Virus record (IMG/VR): IMGVR_UViG_3300032320_000622
Coordinates: 1 to 24,040 of that record
From: a virus
Taxonomy: Duplodnaviria; Caudoviricetes
Reading direction: 5' to 3' (one strand)
DNA length: 24,040 nt
The position numbers were made by a program, and so were the translations under genes. The notes beneath the pieces were generated by a model, which did no database searches, was not told the origin of the DNA, and saw only the letters and a list, made by a program, of their open reading frames with translations. Shown piece by piece: positions 1 through 8,823 of the stretch. Position 1 is the stretch's first letter. Every line of letters begins with the position of its first letter.

Positions 1-143
1 ATCTTATCAAGCCGATCTAGGTCGGCGGCCACGGACAAATAGAATCTGCGTCTCTCATAGTTTTGCTGATCGATATGCTGGGCGATCAGATAAAGGCCTC
101 GCACAATTACCAGCCCCACAAAGATGATGAGGCCAAAGATCAC
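1..143 (-). CDS. Small membrane-anchored hypothetical protein, runs off the window (partial)
   Basis: Hand-translated from GTG at 143, which overlaps the upstream stop (GTGA): MIFGLIIFVGLVIVRGLYLIAQHIDQQNYERRRFYLSVAADLDRLDK..., open to the window edge, with an N-terminal hydrophobic helix. Confidence 0.6.
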   Translation of the reverse strand, partial: MIFGLIIFVGLVIVRGLYLIAQHIDQQNYERRRFYLSVAADLDRLDK

Positions 144-709
144 GAGCGAATCCTTTGCTTCTGCCAAGCGTGGGAGCAGTAGTTTGGGTGAGTTATGAAA
201 GGATATTTGCCATCGTTAATAGCCTTCATAACGAAGCCCTCCCAAATTGTCTCGCCAGCTTTGTTGTTCTGAAAGTTCATTTCCTCCCATATCGAATTGA
301 TTTTAGAATGGGCAAGCTGAACAAAGCGGAGGAGCTTGTTCTGTGGAACATCGAAGGTCACGGCTTCGAGGTGTTCGATCTCCTTCATCCGTTCTGCGTA
401 AGGCTTGGGCTTGGCGGGGTCGAATGCATCCATCACCACGATTGTTCCTTTGCCAGTCTTGGTGCGTTGTCCCATTATCTCGCAATCAATGAAGCGTGAC
501 TTAATGCCAGCACCCACAAGACGCTCGGCCATTAGGTTGTGATTCGATGCGAGTTGTCCGTGGCGATTGTAGCCTAGCCCAGTCTGTTGATCGAACCATC
601 CTCTCCATCCGTTCAGCTTGCCCTCGATGGCTGTATCCTTTGCAAACTCTTCGTGGCTTGCGGGAACTGCTGAACCTACTGGCCTTGCTGGGAGTGGGAG
701 GGATGTCAT
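140..709 (-). CDS. ATP-dependent ligase-like nucleotidyltransferase, adenylation domain only (189 aa)
   Basis: Ligase motifs in the expected order: I EGKLNGWR (KxN/DGxR), Ia YNRHG, III IDCEI, IIIa VVMDA, IV EGFVMK, V WQKQR. The protein ends right after motif V. Confidence 0.7.
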   Translation of the reverse strand: MTSLPLPARPVGSAVPASHEEFAKDTAIEGKLNGWRGWFDQQTGLGYNRHGQLASNHNLMAERLVGAGIKSRFIDCEIMGQRTKTGKGTIVVMDAFDPAKPKPYAERMKEIEHLEAVTFDVPQNKLLRFVQLAHSKINSIWEEMNFQNNKAGETIWEGFVMKAINDGKYPFITHPNYCSHAWQKQRIRS

Positions 710-744
710 TGTTTTTTTGTAGGGATTTCGTGGGGGCGTGTAAA
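710..744 (-). promoter_or_regulatory. Candidate sigma70-type leaderless promoter
   Basis: Minus strand reads TTTACA(744-739)-N17-TACAAA(721-716)-N6-ATG(709), with no Shine-Dalgarno. Confidence 0.4.
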
Positions 745-747
745 GAA

Positions 748-834
748 CTATTTTAGTAGTTGCTCAACGATGCAAAGGGTTGCACCAGCACCTACGACTA
801 GGCCGACGATGTATGCGATTAGGATTTTATTCAT
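748..834 (-). CDS. 28-aa single-transmembrane peptide
   Basis: Hand-translated MNKILIAYIVGLVVGAGATLCIVEQLLK*. It has an A-rich leader (AAGAAAGAAAAAACCAA) and fills the gap between two ORFs. Confidence 0.55.
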   Translation of the reverse strand: MNKILIAYIVGLVVGAGATLCIVEQLLK

Positions 835-858
835 TTGGTTTTTCTTTCTTGGTTGGGG

Positions 859-1131
859 TTAGGGTTTAACTTCAAGTACATACCATTCTTTAAGACTTCC
901 AATTATCCAATGAGAAGGCTTTGCGTTCTTAAGTGTCGAGTGCCAAGTCGCACATTCATCACCTTCATTCCATCCATTTTTGCCATTAAAAATGTGAACG
1001 CAAACAAATCCGTAATTACGAAAACTATTTCTAGTAAAAGTTTTTCCGCTTTTTGAAACTATGGAAAACTTATTTTTCTTTTTGCCCGATTGAACCGGGG
1101 CGAGTTCGGTTGTCGTTGTTGTTTCTTGCAT
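859..1131 (-). CDS. Hypothetical protein (90 aa), probably first gene of an early/accessory block
   Basis: ORF track; preceded by a promoter-like intergenic region. Confidence 0.65.
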   Translation of the reverse strand: MQETTTTTELAPVQSGKKKNKFSIVSKSGKTFTRNSFRNYGFVCVHIFNGKNGWNEGDECATWHSTLKNAKPSHWIIGSLKEWYVLEVKP

Positions 1132-1165
1132 ACGACAACCCTACCATAGATTGATAAGATGTAAA
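1132..1165 (-). promoter_or_regulatory. Candidate sigma70-type leaderless promoter with extended -10
   Basis: Minus strand reads TTTACA(1165-1160)-N16 ending in TGG-TAGGGT(1143-1138)-N6-ATG(1131). Confidence 0.5.
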
Positions 1166-1172
1166 GGATTAT

Positions 1173-1200
1173 TTGACGATTGTTTGTAAGTACCTATAAA
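1173..1200 (+). promoter_or_regulatory. Candidate divergent (antisense) sigma70 promoter
   Basis: TTGACG(1173-1178)-N16-TATAAA(1195-1200), 5/6 match to each consensus hexamer. Confidence 0.35.
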
Positions 1201-1204
1201 CACG

Positions 1205-1477
1205 CTACTTACGAGGTGACTTTGTGGGTAGTATTTTGTAGATTTTCAGTTGCCGTAGGGCTGGTTTTAATTTTGTAGGAATCATAAATGGATGCTTCCT
1301 CATTTCAACGGTCTTGTTTTTCTCCATTTCATTTAGCAATCTTGAGGTAGTGTTTATTTTTAATTTCCAAAGTTCTGAAATTTCTGGTCGTGTATAAAAT
1401 CCCTCTGGCCGTGGCGGGGTGTATCGATTCTGAATGTGTTGCTGTAATAATTTCTGCCAAGGATTTTTAGGTTTCAT
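1205..1477 (-). CDS. Helix-turn-helix (winged-helix-like) DNA-binding protein
   Basis: YTRPEISELWKLKINTTSRLLNEMEKNKTVE fits an HTH pattern and the protein is basic. ATG at 1477 preferred over TTG at 1483. Confidence 0.6.
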   Translation of the reverse strand: MKPKNPWQKLLQQHIQNRYTPPRPEGFYTRPEISELWKLKINTTSRLLNEMEKNKTVEMRKHPFMIPTKLKPALRQLKIYKILPTKSPRK

Positions 1478-1479
1478 AA

Positions 1480-2220
1480 TCAAAATGTTTTTATGTTTGT
1501 GGGTAGATGAAACTTGTTGCCCCTCTGCCGTGCCTGAAAAACATCGTGCGTCTTGTCTGGGTAGATCACACCATAAGCCCAGCCGTGTTGCCAGCGGAGC
1601 CTCCGCAGTTGGCCTCGGTTATATTCAGGGGTTGTATTGGACAAACAACCTATATTAAATCCTTGGCGAGGGTCGATGGATACGCTACGGAAATAATCAA
1701 TGGCGTGGGTATGCCCAAAGATAACATCTCCGTAGGCGTCTGCGTGTTGCTTCCCGCTGTGCATAGCGTGGCCGTAGCCGTGAACAAATGAAAGGCCACC
1801 GCACTTGTAGATTCCTCCGACTGAATCATAGGGGAACATTCTGCCCCTTGTCTCCTTCATTATCTTCTCGATGTTCTCAATGCCATCGTTGGCGTAGTCC
1901 CTTGCGATTCCGCTTCGGCTGTTCCTCGACATATCATAAATGCGTTCATCGTGATTTCCCCGGAGGAATATCCTTTCATCCCCAAACTTAAAGAACTCAC
2001 GCAAGAACTCTTCCCCCGCATCCCAATCTTCTTGTAGGCTCGACGCTTGTTCCTCGTCACCCGCCCCTTTTCTGATCGCCCTAAAATCCCAGAGGTCGCC
2101 GATACATACCACGAGATCGGGCTGGTATTCTTTGGTGAAGGCCAACAGAGCCTTGACCGACTGGGCATCTTGTTCGTCGCCGTGGATGTCTCCGCAAGCA
2201 ACGAACTTAATTGGCTTCAT
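1480..2220 (-). CDS. Calcineurin-like metallophosphoesterase
   Basis: Full motif set: GDIHG, GDLWD, GNHDER, FVHG, GHTH. Confidence 0.9.
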   Translation of the reverse strand: MKPIKFVACGDIHGDEQDAQSVKALLAFTKEYQPDLVVCIGDLWDFRAIRKGAGDEEQASSLQEDWDAGEEFLREFFKFGDERIFLRGNHDERIYDMSRNSRSGIARDYANDGIENIEKIMKETRGRMFPYDSVGGIYKCGGLSFVHGYGHAMHSGKQHADAYGDVIFGHTHAIDYFRSVSIDPRQGFNIGCLSNTTPEYNRGQLRRLRWQHGWAYGVIYPDKTHDVFQARQRGNKFHLPTNIKTF

Positions 2221-2576
2221 AATGGGGGTTTAGATTGTCCAGTTAAAGTTGTGTAAATTAAATTACAACACTCTCTTGCTCTTGGGTTTGTCAATGTCTC
2301 ATCCAAGCATCCATCCTTTGCTAATGCAAGAACTATGTGCATTTGCTGACGCAAACTCAAAAGATACGTTAATTGATCTGTTGCTTCCTCGATTGCATTT
2401 TCAACAAGGTTAATCGATGGCATCTCCCATAGCTTCGTCCCGCCGTGTTCCTCGACCCCACGTTTATATTTCTTCTCGATACATTCCACTGCGGCCATCT
2501 GAATCGTGGACATATGGAGATCGTGCTTCTTGGTAAAGAGTTTTTCCTTTTTCTCCACGCCCTCGCTCGATGTCAT
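2217..2576 (-). CDS. Hypothetical protein, possible MazG-like all-alpha NTP pyrophosphohydrolase
   Basis: Helical protein with KKYKRGVEEHG...LVENAIEEATDQLTYL (EExxD metal-binding pattern). ATGA overlap with the phosphoesterase gene. Confidence 0.45.
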   Translation of the reverse strand: MTSSEGVEKKEKLFTKKHDLHMSTIQMAAVECIEKKYKRGVEEHGGTKLWEMPSINLVENAIEEATDQLTYLLSLRQQMHIVLALAKDGCLDETLTNPRARECCNLIYTTLTGQSKPPL

Positions 2577-2579
2577 CCA

Positions 2580-3086
2580 TTAACGACTAGACCACGGACG
2601 CTTATTGACTAGCGAAACTTTTTGTTTGTTCACTTCTTGTTTTTGTGGCGTTACCAATTCACGCCAGCCAGAGATGTTCGCATCCTCCAAATGGGGAGTT
2701 TCCCAATCGAGTCCACGGAGACCGTGCTTCTCGCCAATCTTGCGGGTGATTGAATAGCCCTGCTCATCGTCCCAAGAGGCCACCAGATCGCCACTAGGAG
2801 TTCGGGCTAGGGGAACATAGTCTATTGCGTGAGAGCCTTTACCAAGGTCAATGTGGAGCGATTGCGGGGGTATTCCACGAGCATTTGTAACTTTCGTCCC
2901 CGGCTTCGTCCGTCCTCTTGCATATAGTTCTTCTTGTTCTTGGGGAGTGCGAGAGGAGCAATAGATCAAAACTGGAATCTTCTTCGACATTAACTCGCCG
3001 TACCAAGCCCCAACCCTTTTCCCGAAACTTGGCTCCAACTTGTCTATGTGTCCTCGTGATCGCTCAACGGCCTCGGCTATCGTCAT
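2580..3086 (-). CDS. Endolysin, M15 family (L-Ala-D-Glu peptidase-like)
   Basis: RTPQEQEELYARGRTKPGTKVTNA...SLH...AID...WETPHLE supplies the Zn ligands and catalytic pattern of peptidase M15. Confidence 0.88.
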   Translation of the reverse strand: MTIAEAVERSRGHIDKLEPSFGKRVGAWYGELMSKKIPVLIYCSSRTPQEQEELYARGRTKPGTKVTNARGIPPQSLHIDLGKGSHAIDYVPLARTPSGDLVASWDDEQGYSITRKIGEKHGLRGLDWETPHLEDANISGWRELVTPQKQEVNKQKVSLVNKRPWSSR

Positions 3087-3361
3087 TTTTCAAGCCTCGA
3101 CTTGCATCGTTCTGTTTGCTCCATTGATCGAGATAACGCTTTGAGCGTTTGGGCATACAACTCTCGGTATTCTTGGGGGCTTGCTTTTGATCGGTCGAGT
3201 TTGTCCCATCGCATAATGAAGTCTGAGATCGATTCTTGGTGTGGCGTTTGGCCAATGTCGTAAGGGCGAGTGGTTACGCACCCGCAAAAGAAACTAGCGA
3301 CGATGAATCCAAGAATCCACTTCTGAATCACGCAAGCGGCGTTTGTAAGCAATCTCGTCAT
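3083..3361 (-). CDS. Lipoprotein, o-spanin (Rz1)-like; start uncertain
   Basis: Signal segment KWILGFIVASFFCG followed by C (lipobox-like). Overlaps an upstream TM gene in another frame and lies next to the endolysin. Confidence 0.6.
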   Translation of the reverse strand: MTRLLTNAACVIQKWILGFIVASFFCGCVTTRPYDIGQTPHQESISDFIMRWDKLDRSKASPQEYRELYAQTLKALSRSMEQTERCKSRLEK

Positions 3362-3455
3362 CGTCTCGCTCTTGTCTCGTCTTTGCTCTGTTCTTTAGCC
3401 ACCAAAACAAAATGCCAACCACGCCAGCGAATAGGCCGAGGGTTGCTTCCCACAT
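3294..3455 (-). CDS. i-spanin (Rz)-like small membrane protein (53 aa)
   Basis: Hand-translated MWEATLGLFAGVVGILFWWLKNRAKTRQERDDDEIAYKRRLRDSEVDSWIHRR*: N-terminal TM plus charged helix, overlapping the lipoprotein gene. Confidence 0.6.
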   Translation of the reverse strand: MWEATLGLFAGVVGILFWWLKNRAKTRQERDDDEIAYKRRLRDSEVDSWIHRR

Positions 3456-3458
3456 CTT

Positions 3459-3632
3459 TTATTTCCGTGAGAGATACTTCGTAATAAAATCAAGAATCTT
3501 TTGGAGCGTGGCCTCCGGCTCGTCACCGGGAATCAATGCACAAATAGCGATAGCCGCCGTCAGGAGAGCGGTCAATGCTCCTAGCCAAGCGAATAAGTCT
3601 TGCGTCTGAACGAATGAGAGGAGTTGGTTCAT
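3459..3632 (-). CDS. Holin-like protein (57 aa)
   Basis: Hand-translated MNQLLSFVQTQDLFAWLGALTALLTAAIAICALIPGDEPEATLQKILDFITKYLSRK*: TM helix, amphipathic helix and basic end. First gene of the lysis block. Confidence 0.65.
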   Translation of the reverse strand: MNQLLSFVQTQDLFAWLGALTALLTAAIAICALIPGDEPEATLQKILDFITKYLSRK

Positions 3633-3650
3633 ACTGCTTGAGAAGGTGTG

Positions 3651-4310
3651 TCAAAGAGGCTCTCCAGTAGTAGTGTTGTATGTTCCTCCGTAAGACCAGT
3701 ATTCAGTTGCAGTAAAATTTACATTAAAAGAACCGCTTGCGATTGATTGTGAGTAAGCTGTTCCGATTATATTTGTTCCAAATAAGCTGATAGACCAAGA
3801 GCCAACCGCATTGCTGTCTCCTTGGGACGAGGGATTGCCAGTGATGCTCAAAACATTTAGGGTTGTTTCGAATAATCGGAATCTAAACCGGATGACATAA
3901 GTTGATTCACTAGGACGAGAAAAAACTGTTTCAAAATACATTTGCATAAAGGCGGGGCCAAACTCGCCGCCGCCCAATATAAAGCTCATTCCGCTTCCCT
4001 CAAGATGCTCGTGCGATCGGATATTATACCCACAAACTAGCGATGCTTCATCCGTAATACTTGGTTGTGGGTCAAAGGCATTTCTGTAAATTGTTTGTAG
4101 TCCAGTTTCTCCGCTAAAACTGCAAGAGATTGGATTGTCGCCTAAATCGAAAATTCCACTACCGCTCACGCTTACCTTAAAGTTTTTTACTCTCCAGTAT
4201 AAACTCATAATATCTTGGAGCGATCCAGTAACTTGTCCAACATAATCTGGGTCACTAACAATACAAGTTGGAAAATACCCGCTTCCTTGTGCAGATAAAA
4301 CCTTTCCCAT
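3651..4310 (-). CDS. Tail-associated structural protein (219 aa)
   Basis: Ser/Gly/Thr-rich, beta-strand-like sequence directly downstream of the large tail protein. Confidence 0.6.
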   Translation of the reverse strand: MGKVLSAQGSGYFPTCIVSDPDYVGQVTGSLQDIMSLYWRVKNFKVSVSGSGIFDLGDNPISCSFSGETGLQTIYRNAFDPQPSITDEASLVCGYNIRSHEHLEGSGMSFILGGGEFGPAFMQMYFETVFSRPSESTYVIRFRFRLFETTLNVLSITGNPSSQGDSNAVGSWSISLFGTNIIGTAYSQSIASGSFNVNFTATEYWSYGGTYNTTTGEPL

Positions 4311-4340
4311 AAGGATTTCGTTAGGGCAACTGCCCCAAGG

Positions 4341-7300
4341 TTATTCTAAAACTCGCTTGGCAAGACTGACTGTGGCTTGCGTAAGAACTTGTTCATTAGT
4401 CCCATCTGTCTCGTAAACTTCCATTAAAATATCCTTTTGAGTCAACGTCGATAGGATGGCATTGGCAGATGCAGTTGTGATGTTAAGATCAAAATCAATT
4501 TGATTTTGCAGGGCATTGGAAGTTGGCGTTACCGCTGGCGACTGAAATGAGATAATTGGCTTATCTGAAAATCCATATCCGGGGTCTATAACTTGAATCC
4601 CTATTACCCTTCCAGAGCTTACGATGGTCTTAAAGGTAGCACCTAATCCAGAGTCATCAATCAAGGAGAAGGTGGCGGTTGATGGTACATAGAATGAACC
4701 AGCACAAGTAATTGAAATGGATGATAGGACTCTGCCAGATGGGGTTGGGACGGAAATAGTTGGTGCAACTGTATATCCATATCCAGAATTATTAACCACA
4801 AAGGATGCGTTTTTATAGTCGGTAACAACAAATGAGATATCCGCTGTTTCCCCGCCAGCGGGTGCAGTTGTTACAAAGCATTGATATGTTCCGGGCGAAT
4901 ATCCCCTACCAAATGTCGTAACTGAAACATTGTTCACAATGCCATTACTTTTGTCTGGTGCAGGGGCAGTAACAATCGGGGCAGAGGTGTAGCCAAATCC
5001 CCTGCAAACAATCGCTATATCAAAACGAGATGAATCAACCTTAATAAGATTTGCTCTGGCCGTGCCATTGGCAGATGGACTCTGCTGAATTGTGAGCGGA
5101 TACTCTCTTCCAATTACATATCCTTCTGGAGAATTTGAAAGCTGAATTGACCCAACGTATCCATTCAGAGAACGGAGGTCGGGGTCTTTTGCGACTACGG
5201 ATGGTACAGAGCTATAACCAAAACCTTGATTTTGAATTTGTGTTTGCACGTTTCCTTCGTCATCAATTATGAAGCTGGCTTGTGCATCGCCACCACACAC
5301 AGAACTAACCGAAAATGACAAGGGATGATTTACATTCTTTGTATATCCAAATGGTTGCGTAACAACCGACAGAGCCACAACCTGACCTGATTGAAAGTTT
5401 GGTGCTGGTGCTGTTACTGCTGGTGCAGTTGCGTACCCGAATCCGGGGTTTAGAACAACAGCATTAAATGTTCCACCAGAAACTGTTAAAGAAACTTGTG
5501 CTGTTATTCCAACTCCGGGGGCAGTAGCAACGGAACAGATGTATGTTCCATTATTATAATTTACTGGTTTGTTTGTAACTGATGCGGTAATCACGCCGCC
5601 ACTTATTGCTGTTTCTGATACAGAAAGAACCGTGTTTTTATAGTATCCAATTCCACCGTCAGACAAAAAGTATTGAACTCCTCGTTGCCCCGGCCTTGTC
5701 GCCACGCCAGCCGCCCTTGAAAAGAGGCTATTCGCATATCCACCAGCATCAAAAGATGTGACTGCTGTAATTGTTCTTTCGCCAAAAGACTCTAATAAAT
5801 TTGTTAAATCTGTAAGAGATGAAATTTCTACTAATTTGAAACCAGCAGAAGTCATTTGGCTTGTGTATCCAGACCCATAATCAAGCCAAACAATTTTAGG
5901 CTCTAATATTCCACCTCCAATTTGAGATGTTGAATCTTGAGCATACCGGCCAAAAATCTGGTCAAATTTATATTGTCCTTCGGATGGTATAGTAATTCTG
6001 CAAACCGCAAATGCTGTTGGCTTTTCTGATGTTTGTGGCACAAGGACTGCCAAAAATGATCTTGAACTAAAAATATCGTGCTTTAATTCTAGTGGCTTAA
6101 CCAATGCGTAAGGATAGCGTGGGGTAAGAAATAATTCATCCGGGTATTTATTGACCACACTACTGTCAGGTTGAGTTTCTAAATTTGCAATCGAAAAAAC
6201 TGCGTTTTGTTGTGCAACTTGCTGTCCGGCTCCTGTTAAAAATCTAGTTGAACTTCTATTTTCAACCAAATTTCCAGAGTTTGTATCATAATAATTATTT
6301 GCCAAAACTTTTTGTGCTACTCTATAGTTTCTTGGTGCGTTATACCCATATATATTTGCGGCCGGATCAAATAACTGTTCTCCAAGTCTATATTGCGGTG
6401 CGATTCCACCATTTGAAATTAAAATCCCAGAAGTTGTAGATGGCTTTCTTGATATTCCTCGTATAGTTGAATAAGAAGTAATATTTTTTTTCTGCCCAAA
6501 CCTTTCACTAGATATAAATTCAACAAAACCAGTAACAACTCCATATTCAACTGTGTTGTCGTACACAAATGCATCATTGTGAGTTATCGTGGGTGCAGTT
6601 GTATATCCATATCCACCAGAAACGAGTTGTAGCCTCCACACATTTTCTCTTATAAAATAAATAAATGCAGACGGCACGGATGTTGGGCTTGGTGTAGTGA
6701 TATTATCTGGGTTAGAAAACAATAAGCCAACAGTTACCGAACTTTGCAATCCATAAGCCCAAAGAAATGTAGAACCGCTAACAACATTACTTAATTTATT
6801 TGTTGGCTCAATGGCAATAATTTTTTTTGCCGGAGTAAACATTGTAACTGTTGGGGTTGCCGCATATCCAGAGCCAGCATTATTTATTGTTATAGATTGT
6901 ATCTTGTCTTGAGATGCAATAGCTGTGGCGATTGCCTTAACAGCACTTGGCGTTGCAAGGCTTACATTCGGGGCAGAAGAATAATTTGTACCAGCATCCG
7001 TAATTATAACAGAATTTATTACTCCATTTAAGGAATATGCGTTTGCAAAAGCCGTGCTACCAGTTGATGCTGTAAATTCTAATGGTAACGGCCCAGCACC
7101 ATATCCAGAACCACCAGTCACAATCGAAATAGTTGTGACAGACCCGCCGCTTATAGTTGCTGTAAATGTCGCTCTTGTTGGATTTGGGGAAGAAAAAGAA
7201 AGTGGATATGAGCCATCCAAATATCCAATTCCACTATTTAATAAAGCTATTGTTGTTACTGTTCCACCAGATATTACTGCCGCAAAAGTTGCTGTATCAA

Positions 7301-7862
7301 CAGTATTTAATGTTGCGGTTAATGATAATACTCTTCCAAATATAGTTGGCTTAATAACATCTGTAATCCCAGATAAATTTGGATATAAATCAATGGAAAG
7401 ACCCGGCATTGTTATTGTTCCAATGCCAACAGAAATAGTGGCAGTCACTGGGGCTTTATAATCTATTGTTGCAGAAAATCCTGCCGTAACGATTGGATAG
7501 GTAACAACGCCAGCAAGTAAGGATGCGGTTACTGGCGTATATGTAGAGATTTTAGATAGACCAACTGCTTGAGAAGATGCCGCAGTAACAACTGTCGCAA
7601 CCGCAGTAATTAAATTATCTGGTGCTGTTGTGACATCCGTTCCATCTGCAAGTTTTAATGCTGATGTGCCAACACGAACCCTGAACCTAGAGTCGTTGCT
7701 TGGCGTAACACCAGATAAAGAGCTTCCTCTTACTTTATAGACGTTAAGGCGAAATCTTCTTTGTTCATCAGAATAGATGCTTGGCTTTGAGGATGGAATT
7801 GATGTAGCTCCATCTAAAAATCTCCCGCTGGCAACATCCAGAAATAGCTCTTGAGAGTTCAC
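4341..7862 (-). CDS. Large tail tip/fiber protein with GxGY repeats (1173 aa)
   Basis: About 17 copies of (V/I)xx(I/V)x(V/I)xxxGxGYxxxPx(V/I). Located after the tape measure and tail-tip genes. Confidence 0.75.
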   Translation of the reverse strand: MNSQELFLDVASGRFLDGATSIPSSKPSIYSDEQRRFRLNVYKVRGSSLSGVTPSNDSRFRVRVGTSALKLADGTDVTTAPDNLITAVATVVTAASSQAVGLSKISTYTPVTASLLAGVVTYPIVTAGFSATIDYKAPVTATISVGIGTITMPGLSIDLYPNLSGITDVIKPTIFGRVLSLTATLNTVDTATFAAVISGGTVTTIALLNSGIGYLDGSYPLSFSSPNPTRATFTATISGGSVTTISIVTGGSGYGAGPLPLEFTASTGSTAFANAYSLNGVINSVIITDAGTNYSSAPNVSLATPSAVKAIATAIASQDKIQSITINNAGSGYAATPTVTMFTPAKKIIAIEPTNKLSNVVSGSTFLWAYGLQSSVTVGLLFSNPDNITTPSPTSVPSAFIYFIRENVWRLQLVSGGYGYTTAPTITHNDAFVYDNTVEYGVVTGFVEFISSERFGQKKNITSYSTIRGISRKPSTTSGILISNGGIAPQYRLGEQLFDPAANIYGYNAPRNYRVAQKVLANNYYDTNSGNLVENRSSTRFLTGAGQQVAQQNAVFSIANLETQPDSSVVNKYPDELFLTPRYPYALVKPLELKHDIFSSRSFLAVLVPQTSEKPTAFAVCRITIPSEGQYKFDQIFGRYAQDSTSQIGGGILEPKIVWLDYGSGYTSQMTSAGFKLVEISSLTDLTNLLESFGERTITAVTSFDAGGYANSLFSRAAGVATRPGQRGVQYFLSDGGIGYYKNTVLSVSETAISGGVITASVTNKPVNYNNGTYICSVATAPGVGITAQVSLTVSGGTFNAVVLNPGFGYATAPAVTAPAPNFQSGQVVALSVVTQPFGYTKNVNHPLSFSVSSVCGGDAQASFIIDDEGNVQTQIQNQGFGYSSVPSVVAKDPDLRSLNGYVGSIQLSNSPEGYVIGREYPLTIQQSPSANGTARANLIKVDSSRFDIAIVCRGFGYTSAPIVTAPAPDKSNGIVNNVSVTTFGRGYSPGTYQCFVTTAPAGGETADISFVVTDYKNASFVVNNSGYGYTVAPTISVPTPSGRVLSSISITCAGSFYVPSTATFSLIDDSGLGATFKTIVSSGRVIGIQVIDPGYGFSDKPIISFQSPAVTPTSNALQNQIDFDLNITTASANAILSTLTQKDILMEVYETDGTNEQVLTQATVSLAKRVLE

Positions 7863-7884
7863 TTTAGACTAATGCCCTTGTCAA

Positions 7885-8160
7885 TTACTTCCCCAAGACT
7901 GTGATTGTAGTCGGTGTTCCATTAGAACATACCGTAAGAGTGATTTCACTAAATCCTCCAGCACCTCCGCTAATATTCAGACCGCCAGTGGCAGAAATCA
8001 CAAAGCTCCCATCGGTTGCCTTAATAATGATATTTTCGCCAGCAATAGGAGTCCGTTGTTTAATAGCCGCCTCCATATCGTGAAGATATGTTTTAGTGAT
8101 AAGGCCATTGTCGGCCAATACTGGAACCTTAACGAAGGATGTCCCGGTTCCGCTTCTCAT
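7885..8160 (-). CDS. Small tail protein (91 aa)
   Basis: ATGA-coupled to the upstream gene. IAGENIIIK and LTVCSNGTP segments are typical of small tail-tip proteins. Confidence 0.6.
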   Translation of the reverse strand: MRSGTGTSFVKVPVLADNGLITKTYLHDMEAAIKQRTPIAGENIIIKATDGSFVISATGGLNISGGAGGFSEITLTVCSNGTPTTITVLGK

Positions 8161-8819
8161 ATAAGCTGTTGAATTTGGCCTTTAGTCGCCGAGGCTCTGA
8201 CCCTATATAATCCACCAGCCTTCTCGATAGAAGAACCAGAAATAATTACGGACTCCGAATCAATACCAAGCCCTAAAACTGGATATTGCACGATTCCAAC
8301 GGGAGCTATGGTGTCTGGCTTATTCCTAATAATTTGAACTTGTAGGCCAGAAAGAATTGATATGGCTTGATTTTGAACTGCGGTAACATCTTCGGTTTGG
8401 CTATTAGTTGTTATTGTAGCTGTTGGAGACAACCATTCACAAGCGTAACTATATGCGATATCTTGAGTTGGAAGCTGAACAAATCCATTCACAATTTCTT
8501 TTTGATATTGATAGCTGGTTTCTAAAATAAAAAGCGAATTGTTTCCAGTTCCACCTTCTGCAGTAACTTGTAGCCTATAAAGGCCAGTAGCACCATCTCC
8601 AGCTATATGGCTTAAATTCCTGCGAACAACACGGAAACTTCCCGTTGGTTGATCTGGGACACCAGCTACATCTTGATCTAGTGAGAAGTTTGAATCAAGA
8701 GAAGAGAAGTCTCCAACAATCGAAAATTGAAAAGATGAAATCCCATCACGTCCATTATCAGTTATAATGTCCGGCTCGTAATCAAATCCAGATATATTTG
8801 AAATAATTGTGGCTGGCAT
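8157..8819 (-). CDS. Tail tip / distal tail-like protein (220 aa)
   Basis: Immediately after the tape measure; acidic and beta-rich. Assigned by position. Confidence 0.55.
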   Translation of the reverse strand: MPATIISNISGFDYEPDIITDNGRDGISSFQFSIVGDFSSLDSNFSLDQDVAGVPDQPTGSFRVVRRNLSHIAGDGATGLYRLQVTAEGGTGNNSLFILETSYQYQKEIVNGFVQLPTQDIAYSYACEWLSPTATITTNSQTEDVTAVQNQAISILSGLQVQIIRNKPDTIAPVGIVQYPVLGLGIDSESVIISGSSIEKAGGLYRVRASATKGQIQQLI

Positions 8820-8823
8820 AGTT

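Noticed and set aside
1-1160. ATCTTATCAA at 1-10 and its reverse complement at 1151-1160 as a possible inverted repeat or invertible segment
   Set aside because: Only 10 bp, the first copy lies inside a coding frame at the window edge, and no recombinase is visible. A chance match is likely.
4341-7862. Possible diversity-generating retroelement or CRISPR-like DNA repeats in the large tail gene
   Set aside because: The repeats are visible only at protein level and are diverged in DNA. No reverse transcriptase, template/variable repeat pair or spacer array was seen.
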